From positions 549 to 64,548 of the forward strand of contig CAZKMO010000002.1 of the NCBI GenBank assembly GCA_964554015.1: DNA of 64,000 nt. The letters run 5' to 3'. Numbering within the stretch: position 1 is the first letter of the stretch; every line of letters starts with the position of its first letter. The notes beneath the pieces are model-generated. The model saw nothing but the letters and a program-made list of their open reading frames with translations, did no database searches and was not told the DNA's origin. The stretch is from an uncultured bacterium (GTDB lineage Bacteria > Zhuqueibacterota > QNDG01 > CAYUAG01). The position numbers and the translations under genes were made by a program. This document shows positions 27,650 through 38,146 of this stretch, piece after piece.

Positions 27650-29314
27650 ATGAGTATTGGACTTTTCTTCCTTTTCAGCATTGGAATTCTGGGCGGCATT
27701 ATCAGTGCCACCCTGCTTAAGAAAGTGAGAACACCTTATATTGTTGGATATATTTTAACCGGATTGATTATTGGCCAAAGCGGATTTAAGTTAGTTACTT
27801 TAGCCGATCTGGAAAAATTGCAATCTTTTAATCTCTTTGCTCTGGGTCTGATTGGCTTTCTGGTAGGTGCAGAAATAAAATTTGCAGATTTTCGGCGGTA
27901 CGGCAAACAATTCTCCGCAATTCTTTTTGGGGAAGGATTCGGGGCATTTATCCTTGTCTCCGCTCTAACCGGAGGAGTTCTTTATTATATAACCAACTCC
28001 TGGAATATCGCTTTGGCGGGTGGACTAATATTCGGAGCCATATCTTCCGCTACAGATCCGGCCTCAACCATGAGTGTTCTCTGGGAAAACCGGGCAGCAG
28101 GAATCGTAACCACGACCATCATTGCGGTTATTGCTCTGGATGATGCTTTGGCCATGTCTCTTTACGGTATCTTTTCAGGCATTGCAGAAATGCTGGTTGA
28201 GGGTGCTACCCATAACCTGTTTCATAATCTCATAAAAGTAGCAATTGAGTTATCCGGCTCCTTGGTAGCCGGCTCAGCTATGGGTGTGATCACCATTCAG
28301 CTGTTAAGAAAACTTCACCAACATGAAAAAGCTGTGACCGCTTCTTTCGGAATATTTCTTCTCTCCCTAGCTTTATCATTGCTTATGGGCCTGGATGAAA
28401 TTATAGTGGCAATGATAGCAGGAATCATTATCGCCAACTGGGAACCCCTCCACTCGGAACATTTTCTTAAATATATGAAAGGCATTGCTAACCCGGTGTA
28501 TATTCTTTTCTTTGTATTTACCGGTGCACGTCTAACCCTGTCATCCATGCCGGTTTGGATCTGGATTATGGTTGGCCTTTATATCCTGGGACGCTCTTCT
28601 GGTAAGGTTTTAGGGGCCTTTCTAGGAGCACGGATTTCAAAGGCCAGACAAACTGTAAAGCGATATACCGGGTTTGGTTTATTTTGTCAGGGCGGAGTTG
28701 TAATCGGGCTTGCCATCATGGCTGGTCACCATTTGAGAACCATTCCCATTACTGCTGGTATTTCACTTGGTGATATTGTAATTTCCACCATTACCGCTAC
28801 CACCTTTTTAATTCAACTGGTGGGGCCTCTTACTGTTAATTCTGCCATCCGTCATGCGGGCGAAGACGGCCTTGATATCACTATTGATGATCTTATTAAA
28901 GAGAGAAAAGTAAAAGATGTACTGTCTCCTGCTTCTCCGGTTGTGCTTCACGAACATACAACTGTTACTGATGCTATCCATATTTATTCATCTGAAGATG
29001 GCGAATTTATCCCGGTTATTGATGAACATGATGTACTTATCGGGATAGTAACTTTTGAAAACCTTCGGGAAATTCTTCCCAATCCGGCACTCTGGTCCTG
29101 GTCTTTAGTAACAGATATAATGAGTTATGAGGTTGCCACTGTTAATCCGGATCAGCCGCTCGATGCTGCCCTCGATCTTGCTCATTCCATCAATTACTCC
29201 AGAATTCCTGTGGTGAAAGAGGGTAAATTAATCGCGATGCTTAAAATAAGAGAAATTGAAAAAAATTTGAGAAACGAGCTTATCAAAAAACAGGAAAAAG
29301 CATTTACTTCTTGA
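27650..29314 (+). CDS. cation:proton antiporter (CPA family) with C-terminal tandem CBS domains
   Basis: About 400-aa polytopic membrane domain then two CBS-like repeats (TVTDAIHIY... and RIPVVKEGKLIAML). Its start codon abuts the stop of the EIIA-fusion gene. Confidence 0.8.
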   Translation: MSIGLFFLFSIGILGGIISATLLKKVRTPYIVGYILTGLIIGQSGFKLVTLADLEKLQSFNLFALGLIGFLVGAEIKFADFRRYGKQFSAILFGEGFGAFILVSALTGGVLYYITNSWNIALAGGLIFGAISSATDPASTMSVLWENRAAGIVTTTIIAVIALDDALAMSLYGIFSGIAEMLVEGATHNLFHNLIKVAIELSGSLVAGSAMGVITIQLLRKLHQHEKAVTASFGIFLLSLALSLLMGLDEIIVAMIAGIIIANWEPLHSEHFLKYMKGIANPVYILFFVFTGARLTLSSMPVWIWIMVGLYILGRSSGKVLGAFLGARISKARQTVKRYTGFGLFCQGGVVIGLAIMAGHHLRTIPITAGISLGDIVISTITATTFLIQLVGPLTVNSAIRHAGEDGLDITIDDLIKERKVKDVLSPASPVVLHEHTTVTDAIHIYSSEDGEFIPVIDEHDVLIGIVTFENLREILPNPALWSWSLVTDIMSYEVATVNPDQPLDAALDLAHSINYSRIPVVKEGKLIAMLKIREIEKNLRNELIKKQEKAFTS

Positions 29315-29417
29315 TAAATATTGCCTTGATATAGAGAATATTTACACTACTCCACTATTGATACAAAAATAGGGGAAAATAAAGGGGCTGTCATCCTCCC
29401 CACAACTCATTAAAAAA

Positions 29418-29948
29418 ATGATAATAAAAACTACCCCGATCCCAGGTTTAATAATTGTTCTCGGTTCACCAAACTCTGCCAAAGGAGAATTATACCGTAT
29501 TGCCAGAGATCGATGTCAACGTGCCTGGGTTGAATACAAAAATAATAAAAATTATAAAATACTGCTTACCGGTGGCTTTGGCTCACATTTCAATACCACT
29601 GAATATCCACATACGCATTATTTAAAAAAATATCTTACCGGGAAAGGGATTTCGGAACAGGATTTTGTGGAAGGGGTAGAAAGTAAAAATTCCCTGGAAG
29701 ATGCTCTCCTTTCCAGGCCCGTAGTCTTGAAATATAACATAAAGAATATTATTGTGGTTACTTCGGATTATCACTATGAGCGGGCTATGTATATTTTTGA
29801 AAATGTGTTTTCCAACCTTGCGGTAACCCTGAGATTCTCAATTTGCAAAACAAATAAAAATACCTGTGAAATTGATTTGAAATCACTAAAAAAACACGAA
29901 AAAGAAGCGATACTAAAACTAAAATCTGATAACTATTTTAAACAGTAG
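29418..29948 (+). CDS. DUF218/YdcF-ElyC family protein
   Basis: IIVVTSDYHYERA motif. Confidence 0.6.
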   Translation: MIIKTTPIPGLIIVLGSPNSAKGELYRIARDRCQRAWVEYKNNKNYKILLTGGFGSHFNTTEYPHTHYLKKYLTGKGISEQDFVEGVESKNSLEDALLSRPVVLKYNIKNIIVVTSDYHYERAMYIFENVFSNLAVTLRFSICKTNKNTCEIDLKSLKKHEKEAILKLKSDNYFKQ

Positions 29949-29967
29949 TTGTATAAAGGAAAAGTTA

Positions 29968-30059
29968 AACCACAGAAAACACCAAGAAGTCACAAAGAAA
30001 TAAATATTTTATAATAAAAACTTTGTGTGCTCTGCGTCTTCTTTGTGAACTTGGTGGTT
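29968..30059. terminator. candidate bidirectional terminator: long imperfect hairpin (aaccac..caccaag..cacaaagaa / ttctttgtgaacttggtggtt) between convergent genes
   Basis: Inverted repeat read directly; AT-rich loop; lies between the DUF218 (+) and cupin (-) stop codons. Confidence 0.35.
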
Positions 30060-30086
30060 AAATTTAATTTTTAAAGTTTATCTAAG

Positions 30087-30563
30087 TCAAATAAATTTTT
30101 TATACTCAGGAAAATTTGCTAATAATTTTTCTTTATTGGCTGTATCATCCAATAAATAAGACATATCTTCAAATTCAAAACCAGGGGCAACCGTACAGCT
30201 CACCAGACTATACTCTCCGGTTGTTTCTGCAGCCATATAACATGCGGCCGGAACAACCAGCGTATAACCAGCCTTTTGCTTTATTCCCAAAAGGATCTGC
30301 TTTATTTCCTGGCCATCAAAGGTGATGAGTTTAAGGGCATCTCCTTCATAAAAATTCCAAATTTCATCATGAACAATTTTATGAAATCTGCTGATCTGTT
30401 TTTCCATAAGGAAGTAATAAATATGGGTGGCTGCTGTTCTTGTTTTGTTTATGACTGGAGAAGTAATATGAAAATCAGACCTGAACACTTCCCGGTAATA
30501 CCCGCCTTCAGGATGGGGAATTAAATTATACTTTCTTATTACATTTTGAATATGATGCTGCAT
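30087..30563 (-). CDS. cupin-fold protein (DUF985-like)
   Basis: IPHPEGGYYREVFRS N-terminal motif, 158 aa. Confidence 0.55.
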   Translation of the reverse strand: MQHHIQNVIRKYNLIPHPEGGYYREVFRSDFHITSPVINKTRTAATHIYYFLMEKQISRFHKIVHDEIWNFYEGDALKLITFDGQEIKQILLGIKQKAGYTLVVPAACYMAAETTGEYSLVSCTVAPGFEFEDMSYLLDDTANKEKLLANFPEYKKFI

Positions 30564-30580
30564 ACATACTTTAGTGTCTT

Positions 30581-31267
30581 TTAGGTATCAACCTCTATAT
30601 TTCCTTTTTTGGTATAACCGATCTGATCAAAAGGATTGACAATACTGGTGGTAATATTTCTTAAATGTGAGTTGACTCTTTTTAACCATCGGAAATAGAG
30701 AGCTAAGGTCGCTGCTTTGCCCCCGCCGATGGTTCTGTCTTTTTCCTGGATTATTTCAAAGGACCGCTGATCGCATTCAGGATTTATCCATTTGTATTCA
30801 TTCAATAGAATCTTAGCTCCAGATTCATCACTGGCTTCCAGATATTTTTTAGTGCGGGAAAAATTATCTTTTACTGAATCTTCAATCTTTTTAAGACTCT
30901 CTTCAAACAGCCCCCCGTCAAGTCTGGCAGGATAGATAGTGGCCAGATCTACAATATTTTTGGTGTAATCTCCAATACGTTCTATATCTATTACAATATT
31001 TATAAGAACCAGCCCTCCGGGAAGATCATTAGGTCCCTGAATTGTACAGTGGGTCATTACCTTTCTGCGCACATCCCTCTGGAATTTATTGACTTTAATA
31101 TCTTTATGCTTGATTTCCTTTTTTACGATAGTATGCTCACTCTCCCGCAGTACACTGATAGCCTCACAAAACATTTCATAGGTGATCTCCAGCATTTCAA
31201 ATGATTCATTCCAGGCTTGTTCCAGCAGGTTATCAGATTTCCATATACTTAAAATTTGTTTCCACAT
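30581..31267 (-). CDS. PhoU-domain protein (phosphate transport regulator-like)
   Basis: DIERIGDYTKNIVDLA PhoU repeat motif. Confidence 0.7.
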   Translation of the reverse strand: MWKQILSIWKSDNLLEQAWNESFEMLEITYEMFCEAISVLRESEHTIVKKEIKHKDIKVNKFQRDVRRKVMTHCTIQGPNDLPGGLVLINIVIDIERIGDYTKNIVDLATIYPARLDGGLFEESLKKIEDSVKDNFSRTKKYLEASDESGAKILLNEYKWINPECDQRSFEIIQEKDRTIGGGKAATLALYFRWLKRVNSHLRNITTSIVNPFDQIGYTKKGNIEVDT

Positions 31268-31310
31268 AGTGTCACCTCTTGTATAACTATATAATATAAA
31301 ATAATTTTTA

Positions 31311-32405
31311 TTATGTCAATATTATTAGAATCGGGATAAAATGCAGCAATATATACACTACCACAAAAATTATCAGATGCTTATTAGATTTTGACGCTTT
31401 CGCACTGACAAATTTAGCCAGTCCGATCGGAATAAATTTCAAGGGGTAAAATATAATAATTCCAAAAATATTAAAGCATAAATGCGCGAATGCTACTGTT
31501 ATGGCTACTTCATTCTGAGTAGCCAAAGCTGCTAATATGGTGGTTACGGTAGTGCCTATGTTTGCTCCTAAGGTATAGGGTAGAATTTGTCGTAAAGACA
31601 ATAAACCTGCACCAGCAAGAGGTATAATAATGGAAGTGGTAACAGAACTACTTTGTACAACAGAAGTTATTAGCAAACCAAAAACAAATCCAATTAAATC
31701 ATTCTTAAATAAATATTTATTTAGAATAGTTTCGACCTTGGTAAGTACCATGGATCTGATTTTCTTAACCAGAGTAGTGAGAGAAAAAAACAATAGAAAT
31801 AATGATAATAGCATTAAGATTATACTTTGTAAAGGAAGAAAAGAGATTAAATATTCAATGGCATTAATGGCAGGATTTAGGATGAATTTAAGGGGATTGA
31901 ATATTTCCATGCCACCAGCCTGGCAAAATCCCTTTTGAAAAATTCCAGCAGTTTTTTCGATAAAGTGAAAATTAATCTCCAAAGGAAATAATACTAAAAC
32001 CGTACAAATATTAAAGAAATCGTGAACTATACTGGCGCCAAAGGCTCTTCTGAATTCAGTGCGAATTGAAATATGCCCTAGAGAAACTAAAGAGTTGGTT
32101 ATGGTGGTACCAATGTTTGCTCCCATGATAATAGGTATAGCATTCTGAAGTGAAAGGGCTCCTCCGGCTACCATGCCCACCGTGATGGAAGTTGTGGTGG
32201 AAGAACTTTGAATAAGACTGGTAGAAACAATACCGATAAGCAGTCCTGCTGCCGGATTATTGGTCATAGTCAGCATGGTTTCGGCAAATCCTTTTCCGAA
32301 TAATTTAAAAGAATGACCCAGAAGTTTGATGCTTAATAGAAACAGATATAGAATGGCAACAATTATAATAAAATTTAAAATATAGGATAAATATTTTTTA
32401 TTCAT
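31311..32405 (-). CDS. Na+/phosphate cotransporter family protein (NptA/YjbB N-domain type)
   Basis: Duplicated LGANIGTT(V/I)T motifs in a polytopic protein; sits upstream of the PhoU-like gene, matching the split YjbB architecture. Confidence 0.8.
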   Translation of the reverse strand: MNKKYLSYILNFIIIVAILYLFLLSIKLLGHSFKLFGKGFAETMLTMTNNPAAGLLIGIVSTSLIQSSSTTTSITVGMVAGGALSLQNAIPIIMGANIGTTITNSLVSLGHISIRTEFRRAFGASIVHDFFNICTVLVLFPLEINFHFIEKTAGIFQKGFCQAGGMEIFNPLKFILNPAINAIEYLISFLPLQSIILMLLSLFLLFFSLTTLVKKIRSMVLTKVETILNKYLFKNDLIGFVFGLLITSVVQSSSVTTSIIIPLAGAGLLSLRQILPYTLGANIGTTVTTILAALATQNEVAITVAFAHLCFNIFGIIIFYPLKFIPIGLAKFVSAKASKSNKHLIIFVVVYILLHFIPILIILT

Positions 32406-32591
32406 GTATTCTTAATAAATTTTTTATAAGTAATATATAAATGTTAATGAAGTTAATATAATCAATGTAACTGAAGAATCAAAATAAAATTTTCTTGACA
32501 AATAGCAAAATTATGCCCACTTTTACATAAGAAGTGTAATATGCCCATAATATAAGCATGTATTCTTAAAATCAACCATAATTGCGCAATT

Positions 32592-34373
32592 ATGAACTAT
32601 CCTAAAAGACTTAAAAACACTTTAGTATACTTAACTGTTTTAACAGGTTTGATCTGTTTTCCTAAAGATTGTGCCGCCCTGACAGTGCAAAAGAAGGATT
32701 CTGCTTACCTGTGGTTGTTAAAGGAATGCAATCAGGAAGTGTTTACCAAAACTTTTGAATATCCTTTTTTAGCTCTGCTTGCTGAAGATCTAAAAAAAGA
32801 ATATAAGGAAATGAAAGGCCTGGAACAAAAAAAGGCATATATAACCTACTACTGGAAAAAACATAATCCCGATCCTTTAATGGATAAGAATGAGTACCTG
32901 CAAAATTTTATAAAAAGATATGACTATGTTAAAGAAAATTTTCCTTCGCCCAAACCTCCCTATTTTGATGACCGAGGGAAATACTATCTGAAATACGGAG
33001 AGCCTACAACCCGGGTTACCCAAGGCCCACAGACAAAATGGGCGCATTTATTCAGGGATGAAAGGGTGAGGGAATTTATAGGATCAGTATTGTTTCCCTG
33101 GAAATTGGGGAAACCATCTGTACCTGCCTATTATTCCATAGAAGGTAATGAAACCTGGGTATACCAGTTCCAACATGGTGATCAGGAAAGCGAACTGGTG
33201 CTTCATTTTGTTAAAGAGGGAAAATTTTTCAGAGAAGTGGAATCCCTGGACCAGGCTATTATTTATCCCCGCAGAACAAAATTACGCTATTTTTACTGGG
33301 CTGATCTCTTAAAGGAAAGAGCCAATAAAGCTCAATCCCAGTCACTATTTAGAGCCTATGAAGATATCTGGAGTTTTGAAGATGATATAAATATTGTTGT
33401 TAACGGCGGGAATGTGATCTCAAGCAAACATGATGTTTATCATCCTCATCTGAAATTAATAAACATAGATAACAAGCTAAGAGTAGATCTGAAAGACAAA
33501 AAATTTGATACTCCGGCAACCGTATTTACTCCGGACAAAGCCGTACAGAAGTTATTATTTCATTATGATATTGTCCAGTTTAAAGGATCAGGAGAGGCAA
33601 CCACCCTGGCAATTAACTATTTTACCCCTCTTTCAGACAACCTTATACAGGATAACGAATTTCCGGAGCCTGACTCTCTCCGGCTTGCCTACGGCTGTCT
33701 TTTTGAAAATCAAAAACTGCAGCAGGTTGTGAAAAGCGGGTATGAAAAAAGTTACCATATTCAACAACTTTCCCAATTAGATCTTCCCTATCTGATAGGC
33801 AATATGAGTATTTCCCTGCTTCCCCGGGAAGGGAGAATTACCTTGCAGGTCAAAGATGAGGAAACACAGCGGAGTGGTTTTGTTAAACGGAATATACTGA
33901 TCCGGGATTTCAGTACTCAGAAACTCTGCATCAGTGATATTCAGTTCTGTCAGGAAGTCACCGATCCTCTGTACAGAAATTTTGCTCCGGTCCGACAGCT
34001 GAGAGGCATCCGGGCTATTCCCTACCCTTTTGAATATATTAAAAAATCAGAACAGTTATTCTGCTACTTTGAGATTTATAATATTAAAACCAGCGGTATT
34101 CAGTCCCAGTATGAGGTTGCTCTGGAAGTAACAAAAGGAGGAAAAAACCAGAAAGCTGTAAGAAGGAAATCTGGAAATATCACTAAATCTTCACCTCATT
34201 CCATTACTCTCCATCATACCAGAGCAGTGGAACAGAATGATTCAAAGGAATTGATAGGCCTTGATTTCAGTAACTTGAAAAAGGGATATTATACTCTCAC
34301 TATACGGGTAACTGACCAAGATGATCCCGGTATCTTTGCTGAGGTAAGCAGAAATATTCAAATTAAAAGATAA
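32592..34373 (+). CDS. secreted hypothetical protein, possibly GWxTD-domain family
   Basis: Signal peptide. Motif PYFDDRGKYYLKYGEPTTRV resembles the GWxTDrGxvYixyGpP signature; family assignment is tentative. Confidence 0.4.
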   Translation: MNYPKRLKNTLVYLTVLTGLICFPKDCAALTVQKKDSAYLWLLKECNQEVFTKTFEYPFLALLAEDLKKEYKEMKGLEQKKAYITYYWKKHNPDPLMDKNEYLQNFIKRYDYVKENFPSPKPPYFDDRGKYYLKYGEPTTRVTQGPQTKWAHLFRDERVREFIGSVLFPWKLGKPSVPAYYSIEGNETWVYQFQHGDQESELVLHFVKEGKFFREVESLDQAIIYPRRTKLRYFYWADLLKERANKAQSQSLFRAYEDIWSFEDDINIVVNGGNVISSKHDVYHPHLKLINIDNKLRVDLKDKKFDTPATVFTPDKAVQKLLFHYDIVQFKGSGEATTLAINYFTPLSDNLIQDNEFPEPDSLRLAYGCLFENQKLQQVVKSGYEKSYHIQQLSQLDLPYLIGNMSISLLPREGRITLQVKDEETQRSGFVKRNILIRDFSTQKLCISDIQFCQEVTDPLYRNFAPVRQLRGIRAIPYPFEYIKKSEQLFCYFEIYNIKTSGIQSQYEVALEVTKGGKNQKAVRRKSGNITKSSPHSITLHHTRAVEQNDSKELIGLDFSNLKKGYYTLTIRVTDQDDPGIFAEVSRNIQIKR

Positions 34374-34404
34374 TTACATATATACTCAATATATATAAGA
34401 GGTT

Positions 34405-36381
34405 ATGATGAAAAAATTTTTCATAATTACTGCATTAATTTTAATTTTTATAGGCATAATGATAAATGCTCAAACCGTTTCGGACAGTGTATACTATCAA
34501 AGATTATATTATACAGCCAAAACCTGGGGTTTTTTGAAATATTTTCATTCCGAAGTAGCCCAGGGCAACCAAAACTGGGATCTGGAATTAATAAACACTT
34601 TACAGGAGCTAAAAAACGATCAATCTAACCAGGATTTTAATAACACTCTGGAAAACATGATTAACCATGCCGGAGAAATGGCTAAACCGACTACTCAATT
34701 ACCTACTGTACCGAACAGTATGAAATATAACCTCGATTTACACTGGTTGGAGGATCCCATCTTTACTGAAGAGGTAAGGGCACAATTGGATACAGTGCAA
34801 AACAGATTTCGACCCCAGAATAATTATTATGTGGGAAAAACGGCAGAAGCAAGCAATCCAACTTTTAACACCGATGATCAGTTTTACCAGTGGGGTGTTG
34901 ATCAGTATCCGGAAGAAAAATACAGGCTGCTTGCGCTGTTCAGATATTGGAATATTATTAATTATTTTTATCCCTATAAATACATAATCGATCAATATTG
35001 GGATTCCACCTTAGTTGAATTTATTCCCAAAATTGTTAATGCTGATAGTAACAGGTTATATCACCTCACCTTCCTGGAACTGGCCACCCGCATCAATGAT
35101 TCCCATGCCTTTACCTATAGTAAATTGATCAATGAAACAATTTTTGGTTACTACTATTTACCCTTAACCCTCAAATATGTTGAAAATGAAACCGTAATAA
35201 CCGGCGTATTTATCGACTATGAAAAAATTGAAGTCGGAGATATTATCAGATCCATTAATGGTCTGGATATTTATACTATACGAGACAGTTTAAGGCAGTT
35301 TACTCAGGGCTCAAATGAACCCACTATAGAGAGAAATATTAACACCCGGCTTCTCCGGGGTCAAAATACATCGGTCCAGATGACACTGGTTGATCAAAAC
35401 GGGCAAAAACAGGTTACCTTATCCCGTGATGTTTACATAAATGACTATAGTAATCTGATTGCCAATAAGGGAAAAATATGGAAAATCCTCAAGGTAGACT
35501 CCAAAGAATATGGGTATGTTGATATGGGAAGACTGCAAGTGTTATCTCTGGGTATGATGTTCAATGATTTATGGGATACGGATGGTATTATCTTTGACAT
35601 CAGAAACTATCCCCAGGGAACCATGTGGTCCATGATAGGATATCTTTTCAATGCTCCCCTGCATATAGCAAACTTTACCGTTCCCAATATTGAATATCCA
35701 GGGACCATAAACTGGAAATATGAAACTGTGGGCACAGGTAATTTCTCTTCAACCTATAAGAAAAAAATTTTTATTCTTTTTGATGAAAACACCCAAAGCC
35801 AGGCTGAATATACCGTTATGGCTCTGGAACAGCATCCCCAGGCCATAAAAATTGGCAGTCAGACCGCTGGAGCTGATGGAAATATATCCAGTATATACCT
35901 GCCCGGAGGTATCATAACAATTTTTACCGGCCTGGGAGTATTTTATCCTGATTTCACAGAAACCCAAAGAATCGGTATCATTCCTGATCTTGAAGTACAA
36001 CCAACTATTACAGGAATACGTGCAGGCCGGGACGAAGTTCTAGAAGCAGCCTTACAGTATACTCCTTCAGATATCAGAGAGCATGAATTATCCACTAAGC
36101 CTACAGATATCCATTTATTCCAGAATCATCCCAATCCCTTTAACTCCTCTACCCTAATCAAATTTCAAATCAAGAGAGCCGCTAAAACAGTCGTGAGAAT
36201 CTTCAACGTGAGAGGGCAGCACATCAAAACCCTGGTAAATGGAGAATTGACAGCCGGGGTTCATGAAATTAAATGGACAGCGAGAAATGAAAGGGGAAAA
36301 GAAGTTGGCAGCGGAGTCTATCTCATCCAATTGGAGATGGAGGGAAGTATTCTTATCAGAAAAATCCTGCTGATCAGATAA
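34405..36381 (+). CDS. S41-family peptidase-like protein with T9SS C-terminal sorting domain
   Basis: Signal peptide; internal TQSQAEYTVMAL resembles the S41 catalytic Ser region. C-terminal LFQNHPNPFNSSTLIKF...GVYLIQLE is a canonical T9SS type-A CTD. Confidence 0.6.
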   Translation: MMKKFFIITALILIFIGIMINAQTVSDSVYYQRLYYTAKTWGFLKYFHSEVAQGNQNWDLELINTLQELKNDQSNQDFNNTLENMINHAGEMAKPTTQLPTVPNSMKYNLDLHWLEDPIFTEEVRAQLDTVQNRFRPQNNYYVGKTAEASNPTFNTDDQFYQWGVDQYPEEKYRLLALFRYWNIINYFYPYKYIIDQYWDSTLVEFIPKIVNADSNRLYHLTFLELATRINDSHAFTYSKLINETIFGYYYLPLTLKYVENETVITGVFIDYEKIEVGDIIRSINGLDIYTIRDSLRQFTQGSNEPTIERNINTRLLRGQNTSVQMTLVDQNGQKQVTLSRDVYINDYSNLIANKGKIWKILKVDSKEYGYVDMGRLQVLSLGMMFNDLWDTDGIIFDIRNYPQGTMWSMIGYLFNAPLHIANFTVPNIEYPGTINWKYETVGTGNFSSTYKKKIFILFDENTQSQAEYTVMALEQHPQAIKIGSQTAGADGNISSIYLPGGIITIFTGLGVFYPDFTETQRIGIIPDLEVQPTITGIRAGRDEVLEAALQYTPSDIREHELSTKPTDIHLFQNHPNPFNSSTLIKFQIKRAAKTVVRIFNVRGQHIKTLVNGELTAGVHEIKWTARNERGKEVGSGVYLIQLEMEGSILIRKILLIR

Positions 36382-36497
36382 AAAGTGTATCCTGTGGCAA
36401 GTCCTGTCTATAATGTTCGGACTGCACCTGATGTGCAGAAAAGTCGGTAATAATACATTTTTAAATATTGATTAATGAGGAAAGGGGAAGATGAATT

Positions 36498-38135
36498 ATG
36501 AAAAAATTAATTATATCATTTTTTATTTTTTCTCTTCCCTTATTGATATTTTCTCAAACCAGTGATGACTACTTATCTGCTGCCCTACAAACAGCAAATT
36601 GGCTTATTTCCCTGGAACAGGAGGAAAGCCTCTGTAATGGACTCTCCTGGCCCCAATCTACTATATCCGATACCAAAGCCACTGGGCTGGGAAGTGGAGC
36701 AGCTGGGATTGGATTATTCTTCTTAAAGCTTTACCAAAGTACAGGTAATAACAATTATTTGCAAAAAGCAAGAGGTGCTGCAAATTTTATAAACAAAAAA
36801 TATATTAATCATGAGACCAACGGACCCGACTGGCTGAGCGGGGCTGCCGGTGGCGGTGATTTCTTTATAGATTTATATAAAGAGACAAAAAATTCAAACT
36901 ATCTACAGATGGCAAAAACATCGGCTCAATGGCTCATGGAGGAAGCGTACACTGATAACTCTGGATATTATTGGAAACACTATCCTACCATAACCAAGAT
37001 TTATACAGGTATTGCACATGGGGCTGCGGGAATCGGATTGTTTTTTCTGAATTTGTACGAACAAGACAGCAGCACAATCTATCTCCAGTATGCCGAGGGA
37101 GCTTTTGATTGGCTCACCCACTATGCTATTGATTTCGATGATTCCTCTCTGGGATGGAAACGATTGACAAAAGATGCCCATGCCTATCATCTCTGGTGCG
37201 GAGGATCAACCGGAATAATTTTTTTCCTGGAAAAACTTTATCATATCACCCAGAAACCAATCTATATTGAATATCTTAAAAAAACCGCAAATGGCCTTAT
37301 AAAATATGCACATGATTCCAATGGCAGCTGCTGCTGGTATTACACAACCGAAGGAGGCAGTTTCCCCATAATATACTGTCATGGCACCTCAAGTACGGCT
37401 CACGCATTTTTTCTATCCTACTCCCTGCTCCGGGATACAAAATATTTTAATTATGCCCGCCGCGGTGCAGAATGGGTAAAAAAAGTAAGAAAGGAGTACA
37501 ATTCATCTTCCTATTACTGGGCCCATATATATAACTGGGATCAATTTGATACCGGCCTTTTAACCGGTACTGCATCTGTTGGTCATGCCTTCCTTAACTA
37601 TTACAAATATGATCCAACCGCCGATTACATAACCTATGCCAAGGCAGCTGCAGATTATCTCCGGGCTATTGCGGATACCCCTGCTCCAGATCAAATGCGC
37701 TGGATAAACTATACTAATCCCCTAAACAAGGATTATGATTTAAAGGCATATCATACCGGGTGGTATTACGGAGCCGCAGGCATCGGCATATTTTTACTGG
37801 AGCTCTATGAAGCTCTGCAAAGTACAGATATTAAAGACCCTTGTTTATTGCCCCCAGATAATTTTACTATGAAATGCTATCCCAATCCTTTTAATAATCG
37901 GATCAAAATAAAATTAAATTTGCAGTCTGATTGTTATATGGTTATGGAGATATATAACATAATAGGAATTAAAGTTAAGACATTGATAAATAACCAATTT
38001 TATCCCAGGGGGACATGGTTGTTTTCCTGGGAAGGGAATGATAATTCCGATATTCCCCTGCCTACGGGAATATACTTTATACAGGTAAATGCTAAAAAAC
38101 AAGCATTAGTAAAGAAGGTTCTTATAATAAAATAG
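36498..38135 (+). CDS. LanC-like (lanthionine synthetase C fold) protein with signal peptide and T9SS C-terminal sorting domain
   Basis: Seven GxAG(I)GxFFL-type alpha/alpha-toroid repeats, including GIAHGAAGIG, LWCGGSTGI (WCxG) and IYCHGTSS (CHG). These match the LanC His and Zn-ligand Cys/Cys-His motifs. C-terminal KCYPNPFNNRIKI...GIYFIQV is a T9SS CTD. Confidence 0.7.
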   Translation: MKKLIISFFIFSLPLLIFSQTSDDYLSAALQTANWLISLEQEESLCNGLSWPQSTISDTKATGLGSGAAGIGLFFLKLYQSTGNNNYLQKARGAANFINKKYINHETNGPDWLSGAAGGGDFFIDLYKETKNSNYLQMAKTSAQWLMEEAYTDNSGYYWKHYPTITKIYTGIAHGAAGIGLFFLNLYEQDSSTIYLQYAEGAFDWLTHYAIDFDDSSLGWKRLTKDAHAYHLWCGGSTGIIFFLEKLYHITQKPIYIEYLKKTANGLIKYAHDSNGSCCWYYTTEGGSFPIIYCHGTSSTAHAFFLSYSLLRDTKYFNYARRGAEWVKKVRKEYNSSSYYWAHIYNWDQFDTGLLTGTASVGHAFLNYYKYDPTADYITYAKAAADYLRAIADTPAPDQMRWINYTNPLNKDYDLKAYHTGWYYGAAGIGIFLLELYEALQSTDIKDPCLLPPDNFTMKCYPNPFNNRIKIKLNLQSDCYMVMEIYNIIGIKVKTLINNQFYPRGTWLFSWEGNDNSDIPLPTGIYFIQVNAKKQALVKKVLIIK

Positions 38136-38146
38136 GAAAATTTATC

